This document shows, piece after piece, positions 47,745 to 63,717 of a stretch of DNA of 64,000 nt (its first letter is position 1; each line of letters opens with the position of its first letter). The notes beneath the pieces are model-generated. The model had not been told where the DNA came from. It ran no database searches and saw only the letters and a list, made by a program, of their open reading frames with translations. The stretch lies in assembly GCF_009914755.1 (NCBI RefSeq), contig NC_060929.1, one strand, 5' to 3'. The position numbers and the translations under genes are program-made. This DNA comes from the human T2T-CHM13v2.0 reference genome, Homo sapiens.

Positions 47745-49231
47745 ATTCCAACCTGAGCAAACCTAAACTCTAATCCTCAATTTTCATTACTCATAAAATG
47801 GGGATAATACCTACTAAGAGTTTTTAGGAAGATTAGAATTATAAGCACAGAATCTCCTTAAGATACTCATAGAAGTCTAAGCTAAGACATAAGCACCTTA
47901 ATATGTTCAAAGGGAACTCATAGTTTCCATCTATAAATCTGTTCAGCCCAGTATCAAGTAGTATTTGCAAGCATGGATTTTAGGGTCAAAATATTGGCTC
48001 CACTCTTGGTTTCGCTACTTACTTACCTACGTGACTTAGTAACAACATGAGGGAATGGAGAGGCAATGAAGTATGAAGGTTGAGTGTTCAGGCTTGGAAA
48101 ACTAGAATGCCTAGTTTCCATCCTGGCTTTGCCACCCACTAGTCAGTTAACCTTGGGTAAATTACATAACTTCTCTGAGCCTCCACTTCCACATCTGAAA
48201 TATGAGTGTAAAAAGAATACTGATTTCATTCAGTAGTTGTAAGGCTAAAATGACTTTATTTATACAAAGAGATTAAAACATTGCCAGCAACTTACAGCCA
48301 TAAATACCATCAGATTTAGAAGGTTCTTCACAGGATTGTTCTAAGGATTAAATAAGAGAACAGCTACAAAGCACTTAGCACCATTTGCAGTACTTAGAAA
48401 TCTATCAGAGTACAGCTAGTACCCTTCCTACTGATTCTCTGTATTTTAGTAAAATCTGATGAGAAATCAATTGCAAACATAATTTCTCATCAGATTTCAG
48501 ATAAAAACCCAACTCCTTCCCTTGGTTCTCTAAATCATGCACATCTGTCCTCCACCTGCTTCTGAAGCTCCAACCTCCTCCCTCACCATATTGCAGCCAT
48601 AGTAGCCTTTCTCATCCAAATTATGCCAACTTTCTATCTCCTCATGAGATATTTGCACCTGCCGTTCCCAGTAACCTCAGGGCTCAGTGCATGAGTTGAA
48701 GCTGCCTTTCTTTATGTTTTTGAGACATGGTCTCACTCTGTCACTCAAGCTGGAGTGCAGTGGCATGACTGTGGCTCACTGCAGCCTTGACCTCCTGGAC
48801 TCCAGTGTCCCTTCTACTTCAGCCTCTGGAATGGCTGGAACCCGTCATGTGCCATCACATCCAGCGAATTTTTAAATATTTTTGTAGAGATGGGGTCTCC
48901 CTATGTTGCCCAGGCTGGTCTCGAACTCGTGGACTCAAGTGATACTCCTGCCTCAGTTTCTCAGTGATGGGATCACAAGTGTGAGTCACCGTGCCTAGCA
49001 AAGTTGCCTTCTAAATTCCTTAACAAATGTGAGGTTAGGCATGGTGGCTCACACCTGTAATCCCAGCACTTCGGGAGGCTGGAGGATTACTTGAGCTCAG
49101 GAGTTTGAAACCAACCTGGGCAACATAGTGAGACCTCATCTCTACTTAAAAAGAAAAAAAAAGTTTTAGGCCGGGCATGGTGGCTCACGCCTGTAATCCC
49201 AGCACTTTGGGAGGCCAAGGCAGGTGGATCA

Positions 49232-49465
<234 letters not shown>

Positions 49466-51475
49466 TTAAAAGACAAAAAAAAATGTACACATTCCTTGAA
49501 AAGGGAAGATAATGTGGACAAGGTGCTTTGAACAGGCAATAGGAACATAACTGGAAGCAAGATTCTTCTGAAGGTGCTGTAATGGCTGAGTGGTTAAGAC
49601 ACAAACTTATCACCTTCAAAAATTAACTCGTCTTATTATCTTTCTTACATTTTCCTTCGCCCTTCCCACACATCCAACAGTTAAACTAGTATCAGGCAGA
49701 GTGCAGACCACAGTAAGTATTCATCAAATGAATATCATGAATAAATGAATAGCTGGGGAAAAACTACTCTCATAAAGGGAATACAAATTTGTACAATCCG
49801 TTTATGTTTGTTATTTATATTAAGTTCACATGTGCCTGATTTGTAGTAGATCTCTCGTTATCGTTAGCTCAGCACCGCTTCCTTCCTCTGAGAGACAGAC
49901 TGACTCTTCCATAAATAGACATAGCGGGGACTGTGAAATTCTTATGGGATCCAAGTCCCAGTTGATTTGCCCAGTTGCAATCAAGTATACAACCCCTAAT
50001 TCCTCATGTCTAGCTCGTTAATTAACCTCCCCTCATTTTTTTTAAGTTTGCATTTGAGAGGGAACTCCCAGACAGTGGTAAACATAGAAATACTTAACCC
50101 TTAGGAACTGTCAGCTGCCATGTTCTCCACCTACATCATTAAAGAAGTTCATCTGTAAAGAGAATGAAGCTAACAGGAAAGATGGTCTCCAGGGCTACTA
50201 ACTTAAAACTTCATCCACTTTCTGACCTTCTCATGGTTTATATATTCAACTTATCCTTCAATCAACATATCCCATATCCTTTCTTTTTTTAATTAAATTG
50301 TAAGAGAGAGAAGGTCTCACTATGTTGCCCCCATTGGTCTCAAATTCCTGAGCTCAAGTGATCCTCTCACATCAACCTCCCAAAGCACTAGGATTATAAG
50401 TGTGAGCCACCGTACCCAGCCCATACCCCATATCCTTTATATAAATTCATCTTTTTGCTTAAATTAGTTCAAGTAGGGTTTTTGTCAGCAGTAACAGAGC
50501 ACTGATTAATGCAACATTCTGTAACCACTGCACAAGAGAATCATCTTCTGATTTCTTAAAACCAATGCTAGTACCCCAGTCCAAAAAATGAAATCAGAAT
50601 CTCCGCAGTGTGGGACCTGGGCATTAGTCATTTCAAAAGCTGCTTAAAAAGGTGATCCTTCCAGATATTTCACTTCAATGAATCAATCTTTCAAGAATAT
50701 TCATTATAAGTAGGTGTGCAGAGATATATTTTAACACAAGATTAAAAAGACCTTATATAAGGCCACTAGAGCTTTTTTTTCATTCCACTCTAATAGCAAG
50801 AGTTCATATCAGAACACTTTAGGAATTTATGTCAGGTCCTAGTCACAGACCTGCAAGATCAGATCCTCCCCAATGGCATTTTTTTTTCTAATTTGTTGTA
50901 GAGACACGGTCTCACTATGTTGCCTAGGCTAGTCTCAAACTCCTGACCTAAAACCATCCTCCTACCTCAGCCTCCCAAAGTGCTGGGATTACAGGCATAA
51001 GCCACTGTGCCTGGCCCCCCAGTGGCATTTTAATCCCTCAACGCCCCTCCCCCCAACACACACACGTTCATATATAAGTAGTGTTGTGGCTCTTATGTGA
51101 TTCTGTTTTTTACATGCAAAGATTTTCAAAGTGGCCAAAAACTGGTTTTGCACCTCAACCCAACACCTTCCTCAAGGTTCTCAGAGTCAAAGAAAGAGAA
51201 TTTTCTTTGGAGAGTTGTTCAAGTGCTAAGCAATTTCCACCTTTCTCCCTCACAAGGTGATGCTCCCTACTTCAATTTAAGCTTGAGAGCCTGAACTATG
51301 TCCTCTGGAGTCTCTGAGGCCCAAAGGTCTATACCAAACACATTACGTACCAGAAAAAAACAAAAGTTGAGACTAGCCAACCAACTGCCTATCTGATAAA
51401 GAAGTGTCTACCTAGGGATAACTTACAGTCCCTGGATCTGTGAAAGCACAGCATGCACATTTCATAGAGAACTGA

Positions 51476-51821
<346 letters not shown>

Positions 51822-51959
51822 TGAACTTTGCTAGCTCTAGGACCAATGAAAGTTTAAGTGAGCAAATCCCTATGCTAGAAACCAGGGGCTAAGGAAGAAA
51901 TAAAAAAGTAGACATCTGGGGAAAGGCATTGCCTCTCAATGGTTCTTTTTTGTTTTTGA

Positions 51960-52118
<159 letters not shown>

Positions 52119-52239
52119 TAGTAGAGATGGGATTTCCCCATGTTGGTCAGGCTGGTCTCGAACTCCTGACTTCAGGTGATCCACCAGCCTCAGCCTCCCG
52201 AAGTGCTGGGATTACAGGAGTGGGCCACTGCACCCAGCC

Positions 52240-52480
52240 TCAATGTTTCTTAATCTTGAGCATGTATCATAATCACATAGGCTTCTTAAAATACAGCTTG
52301 CTGGGACCTACACCCAGAAGTTTCTGGTTCAAAAGGTCTGGGATGGAGCCAGAGAACCCTCATTTATTTTTTATTTTTCTGAACCTACGGATTATACTAA
52401 AACTTTTATTTCTAGTAAGTCCCCAAGTGATACCAATGCTGCTGGTCCAGGACCACACACTTTAAGAACCACGGGCCTAC
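52240..52480. mobile_element. MER5A relic carrying minus-strand AATAAA hexamers (52363-52368, 52370-52375, 52405-52410); possible MED7 distal poly(A) region
   Basis: MER5A phrases (ttgctgggacc...gctgctggtccaggaccacactttaagaaccac); tttatt motifs ~1.3 kb after the MED7 stop. Confidence 0.55.
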
Positions 52481-53672
52481 ATTAAGAAAACGGCAGGCAG
52501 AGATCCTCAGACACAAGGTCAACTCTCCACTAACACCTTGGTGGAAGAGCAGATGGACAGTCGGGGGAAGAAGAGAAGAAAGTGCTCATATAAAGTCCAA
52601 TTAGCTAGGGGCAGAGTGGAGTTACTGAAAGGAAGACTTAGTCCTCACGGTCATTCAAAGAACCAGACTGACAATCTTTGCCATCTTCGGTGGCTTCCAA
52701 ACTTATCCTGGATACGACCGTCCAACCAGCAGCTGGGAGAAGAGAATGGAGGATCATGCAAGAAATGTTTATGGGGCAAGCCTGGATTCCTATGCCCACA
52801 TTTCACCGCCTACGACTTAGTCATATGTTCTCACAGAGATGCTGGGAGTAGGGAAATGTCCCTGGCTGGATTGCCACATCTTGACAACATATCTTCAAAG
52901 AGCAAGAATCTTTGGTAGACACCTAGCAGTCTCTGCCATCAAACCCCTTTCCCATTGTGGACTTAAACAAGTCTGAGCTTAGCTTTAAAGAAAATGTATA
53001 GCTAATGACACAGACATCTTAATTACTAAAATTAATGTCTGTAACTTAAAGTGACCAAAGGACTTATTACCTGAGTGACTGGAAAAAAAAACAACAATTT
53101 ATGGGACTTCCCTGCAAGAGTCCATTCAGGATAGGGAGAAAAGACTGAGCTAGTGGGTTTACAGAAGCAGTCATGAGGAAAAAATGAAGTTTCTATTTTA
53201 TAACTCTACTGGGCTCCTCTCTATCAACATGTTATGCTACTTTTTGGAGCTTAAGCAAAATTTTTAATGGAATAAGTCTAAAGATTTCATAGTTTTACAT
53301 GTAGAGAGCTTAATATCCATTTATCTATCATTCTTAAAGCAAATGCTAAATCCCCTTTTCAAAGACGAAAACTTTGCTATTATTGAGGTTATCATCAAAG
53401 TTTTACTGCAACTCTAAAACATAGGAATGTCCCATACAACAGCAGCTAACACTTTGCTTTTTAAAGTGATTCTTCTTAGTGCAGGGACACTCATTTGTCT
53501 ATGCTTGTTATACAGCGAAATTACTGCCTATGACATCTCATAATTGAAAAATTTGGAGTCAAGATTAAAGCTGTTTACATTTTTAGTGAAACTTCTCTTA
53601 AGACTGTCCAAAAGAAAATGAACTAATATATGATGCTATTATCAAAAGGAAAAAAAGAAAAAGAAACATCTT

Positions 53673-54374
53673 TCATGGTCTTTCATTCATCTCATCAATT
53701 AGGACACACAAGGCAGCATCTTTCTCTATAATCTGATCTCTCCTATGACCTGAATTTTCTCTTTGATGTTCATTCTGTCCAGTACAATTGTTGCTATCAT
53801 CAGCATCCATTGGTTCAGTTTTTACTCTCATTCCTGCTTCTGAATGAGGCAAATCATCAGGCAAAGAAGCCAAGCAATTCTGAATCATTTCAATTACTCG
53901 TTCCAGGTGCTTTTGAAATCTCTCAGCTGTTTCAAGCCGTTGACGTTTCTGGACCTCCATCATGACTCTCAAGGTCTCTCTTGCTTGGTGGGGTCGGTAT
54001 TCATTTATAAGATGATGCACGTGTACAAAAAGCAGCTTAAGATCTTCTAGTTTCTCTTCTCGTTTTATACTCCCAGGGCTCCTTATTAAAATATCTAAAA
54101 GGTCCAAGAAATTAATAAGGATAGACATATTAAGTTTTCTCAGTTCTTTCTTGTGATCAAACTGCATAGGATGAAGCCGTTCGATGCCCTGACTTTCCAA
54201 AGGGCGGATGATAAGATCATCACATTGGAACTGATTGCCAAACATCATGTAACTGTCTTTTATTGGAGGGGGAGGCTTGGGAGCTAAGCCTTCTTGAATA
54301 TTTTCATCCGTATATTCCTTGATATATTGCATTGGAGGTGGTGGAAGTGCACTCACTTGCTGTGGTTCACCCAT
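53673..54374 (-). CDS. MED7: Mediator complex subunit 7 (CRSP9), 233 aa, whole CDS in one exon
   Basis: [21 protein letters not shown]...[22 protein letters not shown] Med7 family signature; acceptor ccatag| at 54392-54393 leaves 17 nt of 5' UTR in this exon. Confidence 0.98.
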   Translation of the reverse strand: MGEPQQVSALPPPPMQYIKEYTDENIQEGLAPKPPPPIKDSYMMFGNQFQCDDLIIRPLESQGIERLHPMQFDHKKELRKLNMSILINFLDLLDILIRSPGSIKREEKLEDLKLLFVHVHHLINEYRPHQARETLRVMMEVQKRQRLETAERFQKHLERVIEMIQNCLASLPDDLPHSEAGMRVKTEPMDADDSNNCTGQNEHQRENSGHRRDQIIEKDAALCVLIDEMNERP

Positions 54375-55191
54375 TGTGGACTATCAAGAACCTATGGACA
54401 CAGACCAAAGATTTATTAGAGCCACAAGACAAACCTGTTACATTTCATAACTACAGATGGAATATTTTCTTCCTTTTCTTCCAGCAGTTTGGGGCCGAAG
54501 ACAAGATGATCTCCTTGGTTTCTAAAACTAACATTTATGATAGGGAAAGTCTGCCATCTTTTCTAAGTAGGCATTATATTCTCAACCATTCACATATTTT
54601 CCATTCTCTCTCTAATAATTTCATCAGCATTAAAAAATATGTAGCATCCTCTCATCTCTAAAGAAAATCTTCTGGACTCCATGCCCCTCACCACTTATGC
54701 CCCATTTCTTTACTCTTCCATAACCAAACTACACAGGCTGTCTCCCAATCTCATATCACAATCACTTTTGTTTTATGTTATAGATTTATTTCCAATAGCA
54801 AACACTTACTTGTATCTCTCATAAACACTCTGACAAAATTAACATTGCTAAATCCTAAACACATTATTATCCAAAGTTCCTGAATGAAATGATGATTCAG
54901 TTCCATACCCTTTTTGTCACAGTATACTATGCAATTTTATATGGACACATTAACTTTTGTTTGTTTTTTGAGATGGAGTCTTGCTCTGATGTCCAGGCTA
55001 GAGTGCAGTGGTGCAATCTCAGATCTCAGCTCACTGCAACCTCCGCCTCCTGGGCTCAAGCAATTCTCCTGCCTCAGCCTCCTAAGTAGATGGGATTACA
55101 GGCGTGCACCATGTCTGGCTAATTTTTGTATTTTTAGTAGAGACGGGATTTTGCCATGTTGGCCAGGTTGGTCTCTTTACTCCCCATCTCA

Positions 55192-55323
<132 letters not shown>

Positions 55324-56498
55324 CTATGGCCATAATAACCTCTACTTATTCTACCTTAAGCCTAGGTATACCATCCAATGAGAAGATCCTTAAGTGCTCC
55401 TTTAGATTGGTGTTATCAGAGTTTCAAGATATAACACACTCTAACATCGGGTGGGGCAAGTATCCTACTAGAAGCAATATTATACTTAGAATTCGTGAGG
55501 TACTGAGGGCAGCTGTGGCGCAGCCCTGAGTTTCCACTATGCCACAGTGGTGCATAGGATGATGCAGCCTCGCCCTCCTAGGCTCAAGCGATCCTCCCAC
55601 CTCAACCTCCCAAGCAGCTGGGACTACAGGCATGTCACCAAGCCCGGCTAATTTTTGTATATTTTGTAGAGACAGAGTTTTGCCATGTTACTCAGGCTTG
55701 TTTCAAACTCCTGAGCTCAAGCAATCCTCCTGCCTTGGCCTCCCAAAGTGCTGGGATTACAGGCGTGAGCCACCACACCCAGACATTTTAAAACTTTTAA
55801 CATAAATTCAGATTACAGAAAAAGTGCATGAATACACAAAAAACACTTCATATTCTTCACTCAGATTCTCCAAATGTTAACATTTTCCTTCATTTGCTTT
55901 ATTGGTTTTTCATTCCTTTACCCCTGAATACTTCAGTGTGTTTTCTCGTGACAAGAATGTTTTCTTCTACCCAAAGCACAATTACCAAAATCAAAGAATT
56001 AACAGTGATCTGGTACTTCAAAATACATTTTTTTTTTCCCTGAGACAGTGTCTCGCTCTGTCACCCAGGTTGGAGTGCAGTGGCACGATCTCGGCTCACT
56101 GCAAGCTCGGACTCCCGGGTTCACGCCATTCTCCTGCCTCAGCCGCCTGAGTAGCTAGGACTACAGGCGCCCGCCACGACGCCCGGCTAATGTTTTCTAT
56201 TTTCAGTAGAGACGAGATTTCATCGTGTTAGCCAGGATGGTCTCGATCTCCTGACCTCGTGTTCCACCTGCCTCGACCTCCCAAAGTTCTGGGATTACAG
56301 GCGTGAGCCACCGTGCCCGGCAGAAAATACAATTTTTGACAGCTCACGTTTCATCCCACTCAAACCTTTTTAGGTGAGGAGTGCTGCTCTGTACTTTCCT
56401 ACACGATGTGCATTCCTGTATTGCGGCTGCCATTTTCCTAAGGCCAACTACATGACAGGTACCATTTTTTATGGCCTCTGTAACATAATCTTCATTAA

Positions 56499-56696
<198 letters not shown>

Positions 56697-56699
56697 TAA

Positions 56700-56888
<189 letters not shown>

Positions 56889-57399
56889 TGAGGGGAAGTG
56901 TTGCCCCAGATCAAAAGGTTAATAAATGGCACAACAGGAATTCTTATCCCAGGTCCCTTTAGCTCCAAAGGGCAAGCTCTCTTATATCCCTAAGCCGAGA
57001 AGCATCTAACTGTACAATAAGGACTGGCATATCACAAAAATTATATTTCTTTCTCTACTGTCTCTCTAGATGGAACTTTTCAAAGGTGATGGAGGTCTTA
57101 TTTTTAATAAAAGCAGAGCCAAGCATCAGAGCTGGTTCTTAACTCAAGATCCAACATCTAGTGTTTGTTCTACTGGGGGAGAAGGAGCTTCACCAGAAGA
57201 CGACAGACATTCCAGGGTCCCAGCCCCAGAGATTTGATTCATTCTGTCTACTGTGAATGGGCCCTAGAATGTCGCTTTTAAAACCTCTCCAGATGGACCT
57301 GACGATTAGGCTTGGGATCTACCGCCCTCGCCTGCCCCCATACCTCAGCTGTTTCATAACTGCTCCCAGAAGAAGGAAGGGCAGGGAGGGCTACTCTCA

Positions 57400-57960
57400 T
57401 GTTACAAAGAGCCGGAGAGGGCAAATGACTCGCCCAAGGCCACACAGCTTAGAAAAACAGCGGCGCGGGGACTAGACGCCAGGTCTCCCAACCTCCACTC
57501 CGGCTCGGCGTCCCAACACGGAGGAAGCCCCGAGACTGCCACGCTTAGAGCCCCCTCCTCCAGGCTGTCCACCCCGAGGCCTCCGCGCTCTCGGAGAGAC
57601 CGCACTCTCGGAGAGACTCGGGAGAGAAAGACGAAAGACCGCCTTTGGAGGCCGAACTCAGCCATGCCTCCCCAGTTCCCAGCCCAGCACAGAGGAAGCT
57701 GCGGGGTCCGGAAGAAAAAAACGCACACAGGCGGCGGCCCCAAACCGTTGCCGCCCACTTACCTCAGCTCTGGCTTTACACTGGTAGCCGCCTTCCCCTC
57801 TGCAGCCGAAACCAACTTCCGGTCTCCTCCGGGAAGAAGCCACCGACTCTGTCCTTGATTGGCTGTAAGAGCTGTCCTTTAACGAAATTCTAGCTCCGCC
57901 TCAGACCGATCCCTCGCTGTTGCGCCTACGTATGTTTGACTCCTCCCATCCACCCGTTAC
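57400..57960 (-). promoter_or_regulatory. MED7: MED7 CpG-island promoter
   Basis: High GC and CpG density; ETS/GABP motif CCGGAAGT (57815-57822, minus), CCAAT box (57858-57862, minus). Confidence 0.9.
57763..57830 (-). other. MED7: MED7 non-coding exon 1 (5' boundary approximate)
   Basis: Consensus donor GAG|gtaagt at 57762-57757, just downstream of the ETS/CCAAT core. Confidence 0.8.
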
Positions 57961-58689
57961 TGACTTTTAAAAGTCGTAGCTGAGGGTTCCGTTTCTTCGT
58001 TTCTTTTTGAATTAAGGCATAAAATTGAACAAGACACCTTATTGCTTTATTTTTTATAGACCCCTTATTGACCAGAAACAATCTTATGTTTTAATGTTTA
58101 ACATGCTCTTGTAAGACTTAACGTGAATTTAGAAATTTATGACACGAAAATAACCTCCAAAAGAAACGCTTGCTATTGCGCCTGCGTATATTCCACCCCC
58201 TTCCCCATTACCACTCTTTTACTGACTTAGTCGCTGCTGGTAGTTCCATTCCTTTTGTCCTTTTTTAATTTAACGCATACAATTAAGACGTCTTACATAC
58301 AAATTCGAAAATATAGACATGCAGGGTTTTTTTGTTGTTTTTTTCTTTGAGACGGAGTCTTTCTCTTTCGCCCAGGCTGGACTGCAGTGGCGCGATTTCG
58401 GCTCGCTGCAACTTCAGTCTCCGGGATTCAAGCGATTCTCGTGCCTCAGCCTCCCGAATAGTTGGGGTTTCACCTATTTTTTTTTCTTTTTTTTGTATTT
58501 TTGGTAGAGACAGGGTTTCACCGTGTTGGCGAGGCTCATCTCGAGCTCTTGATATGAAGTGATCCGCCCGCCTCGGCCACCCAAAGTGCTGGGATTGTAG
58601 GCGTGAACCACCACTTCCGGACTCCCCCATTTTAAATCCCTCGCACGTATCAATTTATTTCCTGAAGAAATCCATCTACGTTGAGCATA

Positions 58690-60040
<1,351 letters not shown>

Positions 60041-61054
60041 ACAAAATGAATACAATCATCACTTTCAAATAAATTCATAGCGTGGCTTTGGTGGTTATAC
60101 CACAGTCTCTTTAGCCAGATCCTCATTGTGTTAAATTATTTTTCTCCAAATTTGATCCAGTGTAACTACACAGGATGATGAGATCCCAGTACATATATGT
60201 TTGTGCATGTGTCCAATTTTGTTCTTTGAAATAAATTTCTAGAAATAGAATTACTGGGCCCAAAGGGGCAGTGTCTTAACAGTTAGTAGCAGAATCAAGG
60301 CTAGAATCTTGGACTCTTGACTATCAATCTAGTGTTCTTTCCAATAAACTTCAAATGAATAATGGATATGAAGTCCATATCATGAGAAGGGCTAGTGACA
60401 ATATGATGTGTGTTAAACATTTAATTATATGACTATATTGGCAAAATCTCAATGGAAAGCTTATTACTTAAAGATGCCTACTACAGCTTAACAAGGAATA
60501 TGCTCGTTGAATAAATCTGTATATTGTGTGTCTGTTGTGCCGGCACTGGTCTAGAAGGCTAAAAAGACAGACAAAAGCCAGTGGGGCCTTTGAAAAAAGT
60601 GTTCTTTCTAGAAGGTGTTCTAGAGAGACACAGACAAGAAGTATACAAACAAGTAAAAACTTCGAATAGTGGTAAGGGCTATGGGGGAAAGTATAATACA
60701 GATTAATGTGATAGTGACGTGGGTTGGGGAATAGCTACTTTACACAGGGTGGTCAGGGTAGCCTCTCACAGAAGGTTAACTTTGGAAACAAAATATGAAG
60801 GAGTGAATTCTGCAGAGATCTGGGAGACAGCAAATGCAAAGAGCGTGGGGCTGCCATGATCTTTCTGAATTAGAGAGAGGAAGGCAGCCTGTGTGCTCCA
60901 TAGCTAGTGAGCAAAGAAAGAAAGAGCAGGGGAGATGAAATGGGCAAAGACACACGGTAACCGACTTCTTGCCTCCCTTAGGATCTTGGCACATTATAAA
61001 AAACATCGCTGTCATTTGAACCTAAATTACAAGCAGAAATTTTTAGTTTCCACC

Positions 61055-62300
61055 CTATTGATTTTTTAAAATGTAGATTTATTGAGGGATACTTTACATA
61101 GAATAAAATTAACTCTAGGTGAATAGTTATAAGAGTTTTGATAAATACATACTGACATAAAACCACTACCACCCGGATTAAGATGTAGAATATTTCATCA
61201 CCCCAAACAACTTTTTTTTATTTCAATTCCTTCCCTTTATCCCCATCCTCTAGTAACCACTGATCTGATCCCTGTTCATATAGTTTTACCTTTTGCAGAA
61301 TGTCATATAAATGAAATTAGAAAGTATGTAGTTTTTGGTGTCTGGTTCCTTTCACTTAGCATAATACTTTTGAAGTCCATCAATGTTGTTCAATGTATAA
61401 TACTTTGTTCCTTTTTACAGATAAGGAATATTCCATTGTATGAATATACTGTAATTCATGTATCCATTCACTGGTTAATAGACATTTGGGTTATTTCAGT
61501 TTGAGGTGATTCTTAACAAAGATACTATAAACATTCCCATGCAAGTCAATTGTATGGACATATGTTTTCATTTCTTTTGGATAACAACATAGTGACAAAA
61601 TTGCTGGACATTATAATAATTATATGTTTAACTATATGAGAAACTACCAAGCAGTTTTCTAAAGAGGCTGCTTATTTTTCATTTCTCAGCAATCTATCGG
61701 AGGTATAGTTGCCCTCAATCTGCAAATTGGTGTTATCCTTTTAATTTTTACTTTTTGCTATTCTAATATCTGTATAATGATTTTAATTTGCATTTCCTTA
61801 GTATTGGGTATCTTTCATGTGTTTACTGGCCATGTATATCTTTTCTTTGGCGAACTGTCTGTTCAAAATTTTTGCCCATTTTTTAAATTGGCATGTTTTC
61901 TTACTATTGAATTGTAAGGGTGCACACACACAAATACACACAAGATATAAGTCCTTGATAAGATATGTCTTTTACAAATATTTTCTCCTAGTCTGTGGTT
62001 AATCATTTCATTTTTTAAGTGTCTTTCAGCAAGCAGAGTTTTTTTATTTTGATGATGACAAGTTTATCAATTATTTTATTTTATGGCTCATACTTTTTGT
62101 GTCCTTTCCAAGAATCTTTGCCTAACTCAAAGTCAAAGATTTTTCCTCTGTTTTCTTCTACAAGTTTTCTAATTTTAAGTTTTACGTTTAGGTCTATGAT
62201 CCTTTTGGGGTTAATTTTTGTATTTGATGCCCAGTAAGGGTCAAAACTCCTTTTATTTGTTTATTTATGCTTATAGAAGTCGAATTGTTACAGCAACTTG
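61055..62300 (-). mobile_element. Old L1M (L1MB/MC-type) 3' end
   Basis: ccactgatctg...gaatgtcatataaatg...ttcacttagcataat...ttttaatttgcatttcc...tttaggtctatgatcc. Confidence 0.8.
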
Positions 62301-62766
62301 TTGATTTTGTTGGCCTTACTACCTCTGTCATTGGTAGGCAGGTTTATAGATAGTAATCCCTGAGCGTCTGTTAGTCAGTTACATTGTATCTTTGGCTTGC
62401 TGATCAGCCCGGCAGAATCATTGGAAGATAGCAAGTAAAAATTTTTATCTCCAAGCTGGGCATGGTGGCATGCACCTGGGGTCCCAGTTACTTGGGAGGC
62501 TGAGGTAGGAGGATTGCTTGAGCTGATATAGCGCCACTGTACTCCAACCTGAGCAACAGAGTGAAACTCTGCCAAAAAAAAAAACGGAAAAAAAAAGGCT
62601 GGGCATGGTGGCTCACGCCTGTAATCCCAACACTTTGGGAGGCCGAGGCAGGCACATCACCTGAGGTCAGGAATTCGACACCAGCCTGACCAACATGGAG
62701 AAACCTCTACTAAAAATACAAAATTAGCCAGGCATGGTGGCACACGCCTGTAATCCCAGCTACTCA

Positions 62767-62871
<105 letters not shown>

Positions 62872-62873
62872 TC

Positions 62874-62910
<37 letters not shown>

Positions 62911-63228
62911 TTTCATCTCCAGTCCCTGTTTCTTCCTGATTTTTATAAGCTCATATACTGTATATGGTTTTAACGATGCACTTTTTTTTTTTTTCTTTCT
63001 GGAGACAAGCTCTTACTGTGTCACCCAGGCTGCAGTGCAATGGTGTGATCTCGGCTCACTGCAGCCTCTGCCTCTCAGGTTCAAGTGATTCTCCTGCCTC
63101 AGCCTCCTGAGTAGCTGGGACTATAGATGCACACCATCACGCCCAGCTAATTTTTTTACTTTTATAGAAACGGGGTTTCACCATGTTGTCCAGGCTGGTC
63201 TTGAACTCCTCACTTCAGGTGATCCACC

Positions 63229-63717
63229 TGTAGCAGGAAGAGCCGCAGACAAAACTCCTCAGACACCGGATTAAAGAAGGAAGAGGTTATTTATTCAGCC
63301 AGGAGCGTCGGCAGACTTGTGTCTTAGGAGCCAAGCTCCCCGAAAAAGAAATTCTCGGCCTTTTTAAAGACTTACAACTTTAAGGGGTCCATGTGAAAGA
63401 GTCGTAATACATCAAGCAAGCGTGGGAAACGTGACTGGGGGCTACATGCATCAGCTAACAGAACAAAAAGTTTTACAATGCTTTTTTCATGCAGTGTCTG
63501 GAATTTACAGATAACACAAGTAGTTTAGGTCAGGGGTTGATGTTATTGTTACTTTTTTTAACTCCTAGGGCTGGGTGGTGTTGCCAAGGTTGTCTGGCTA
63601 TTTATCTTACTTTTGTTTTTTTCCAACTTTTTGCTTTTTCTCTCTTTCCTCCTGTCTTGTGAACTAGGCAAGGTGAGGGGAGGAAGGCAGCAGGAGTAGT
63701 AGTGGTCTCCTGCCTTA
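63229..63717 (-). mobile_element. Solo LTR2B (HERV-E family) inserted inside an Alu
   Basis: Minus strand reads TAAGGCAGGAGACCACTACTACTCCTGCTGCC...AATAAA...GTGTCTGAGGAGTTTTGTCTGCGGCTCTTCCTGCTACA, matching LTR2B as recalled; 4-bp TSD cacc/tacc; the Alu resumes at 63718. Confidence 0.88.

Noticed and set aside
53673-54374. MED7 as a processed pseudogene
   Set aside because: Intact ORF, proper acceptor, upstream exon and CpG promoter; no poly(A)/TSD scar
57402-57893. Overlapping ORFs in the CpG island
   Set aside because: Expected from stop-codon scarcity in GC-rich DNA; no recognisable homology
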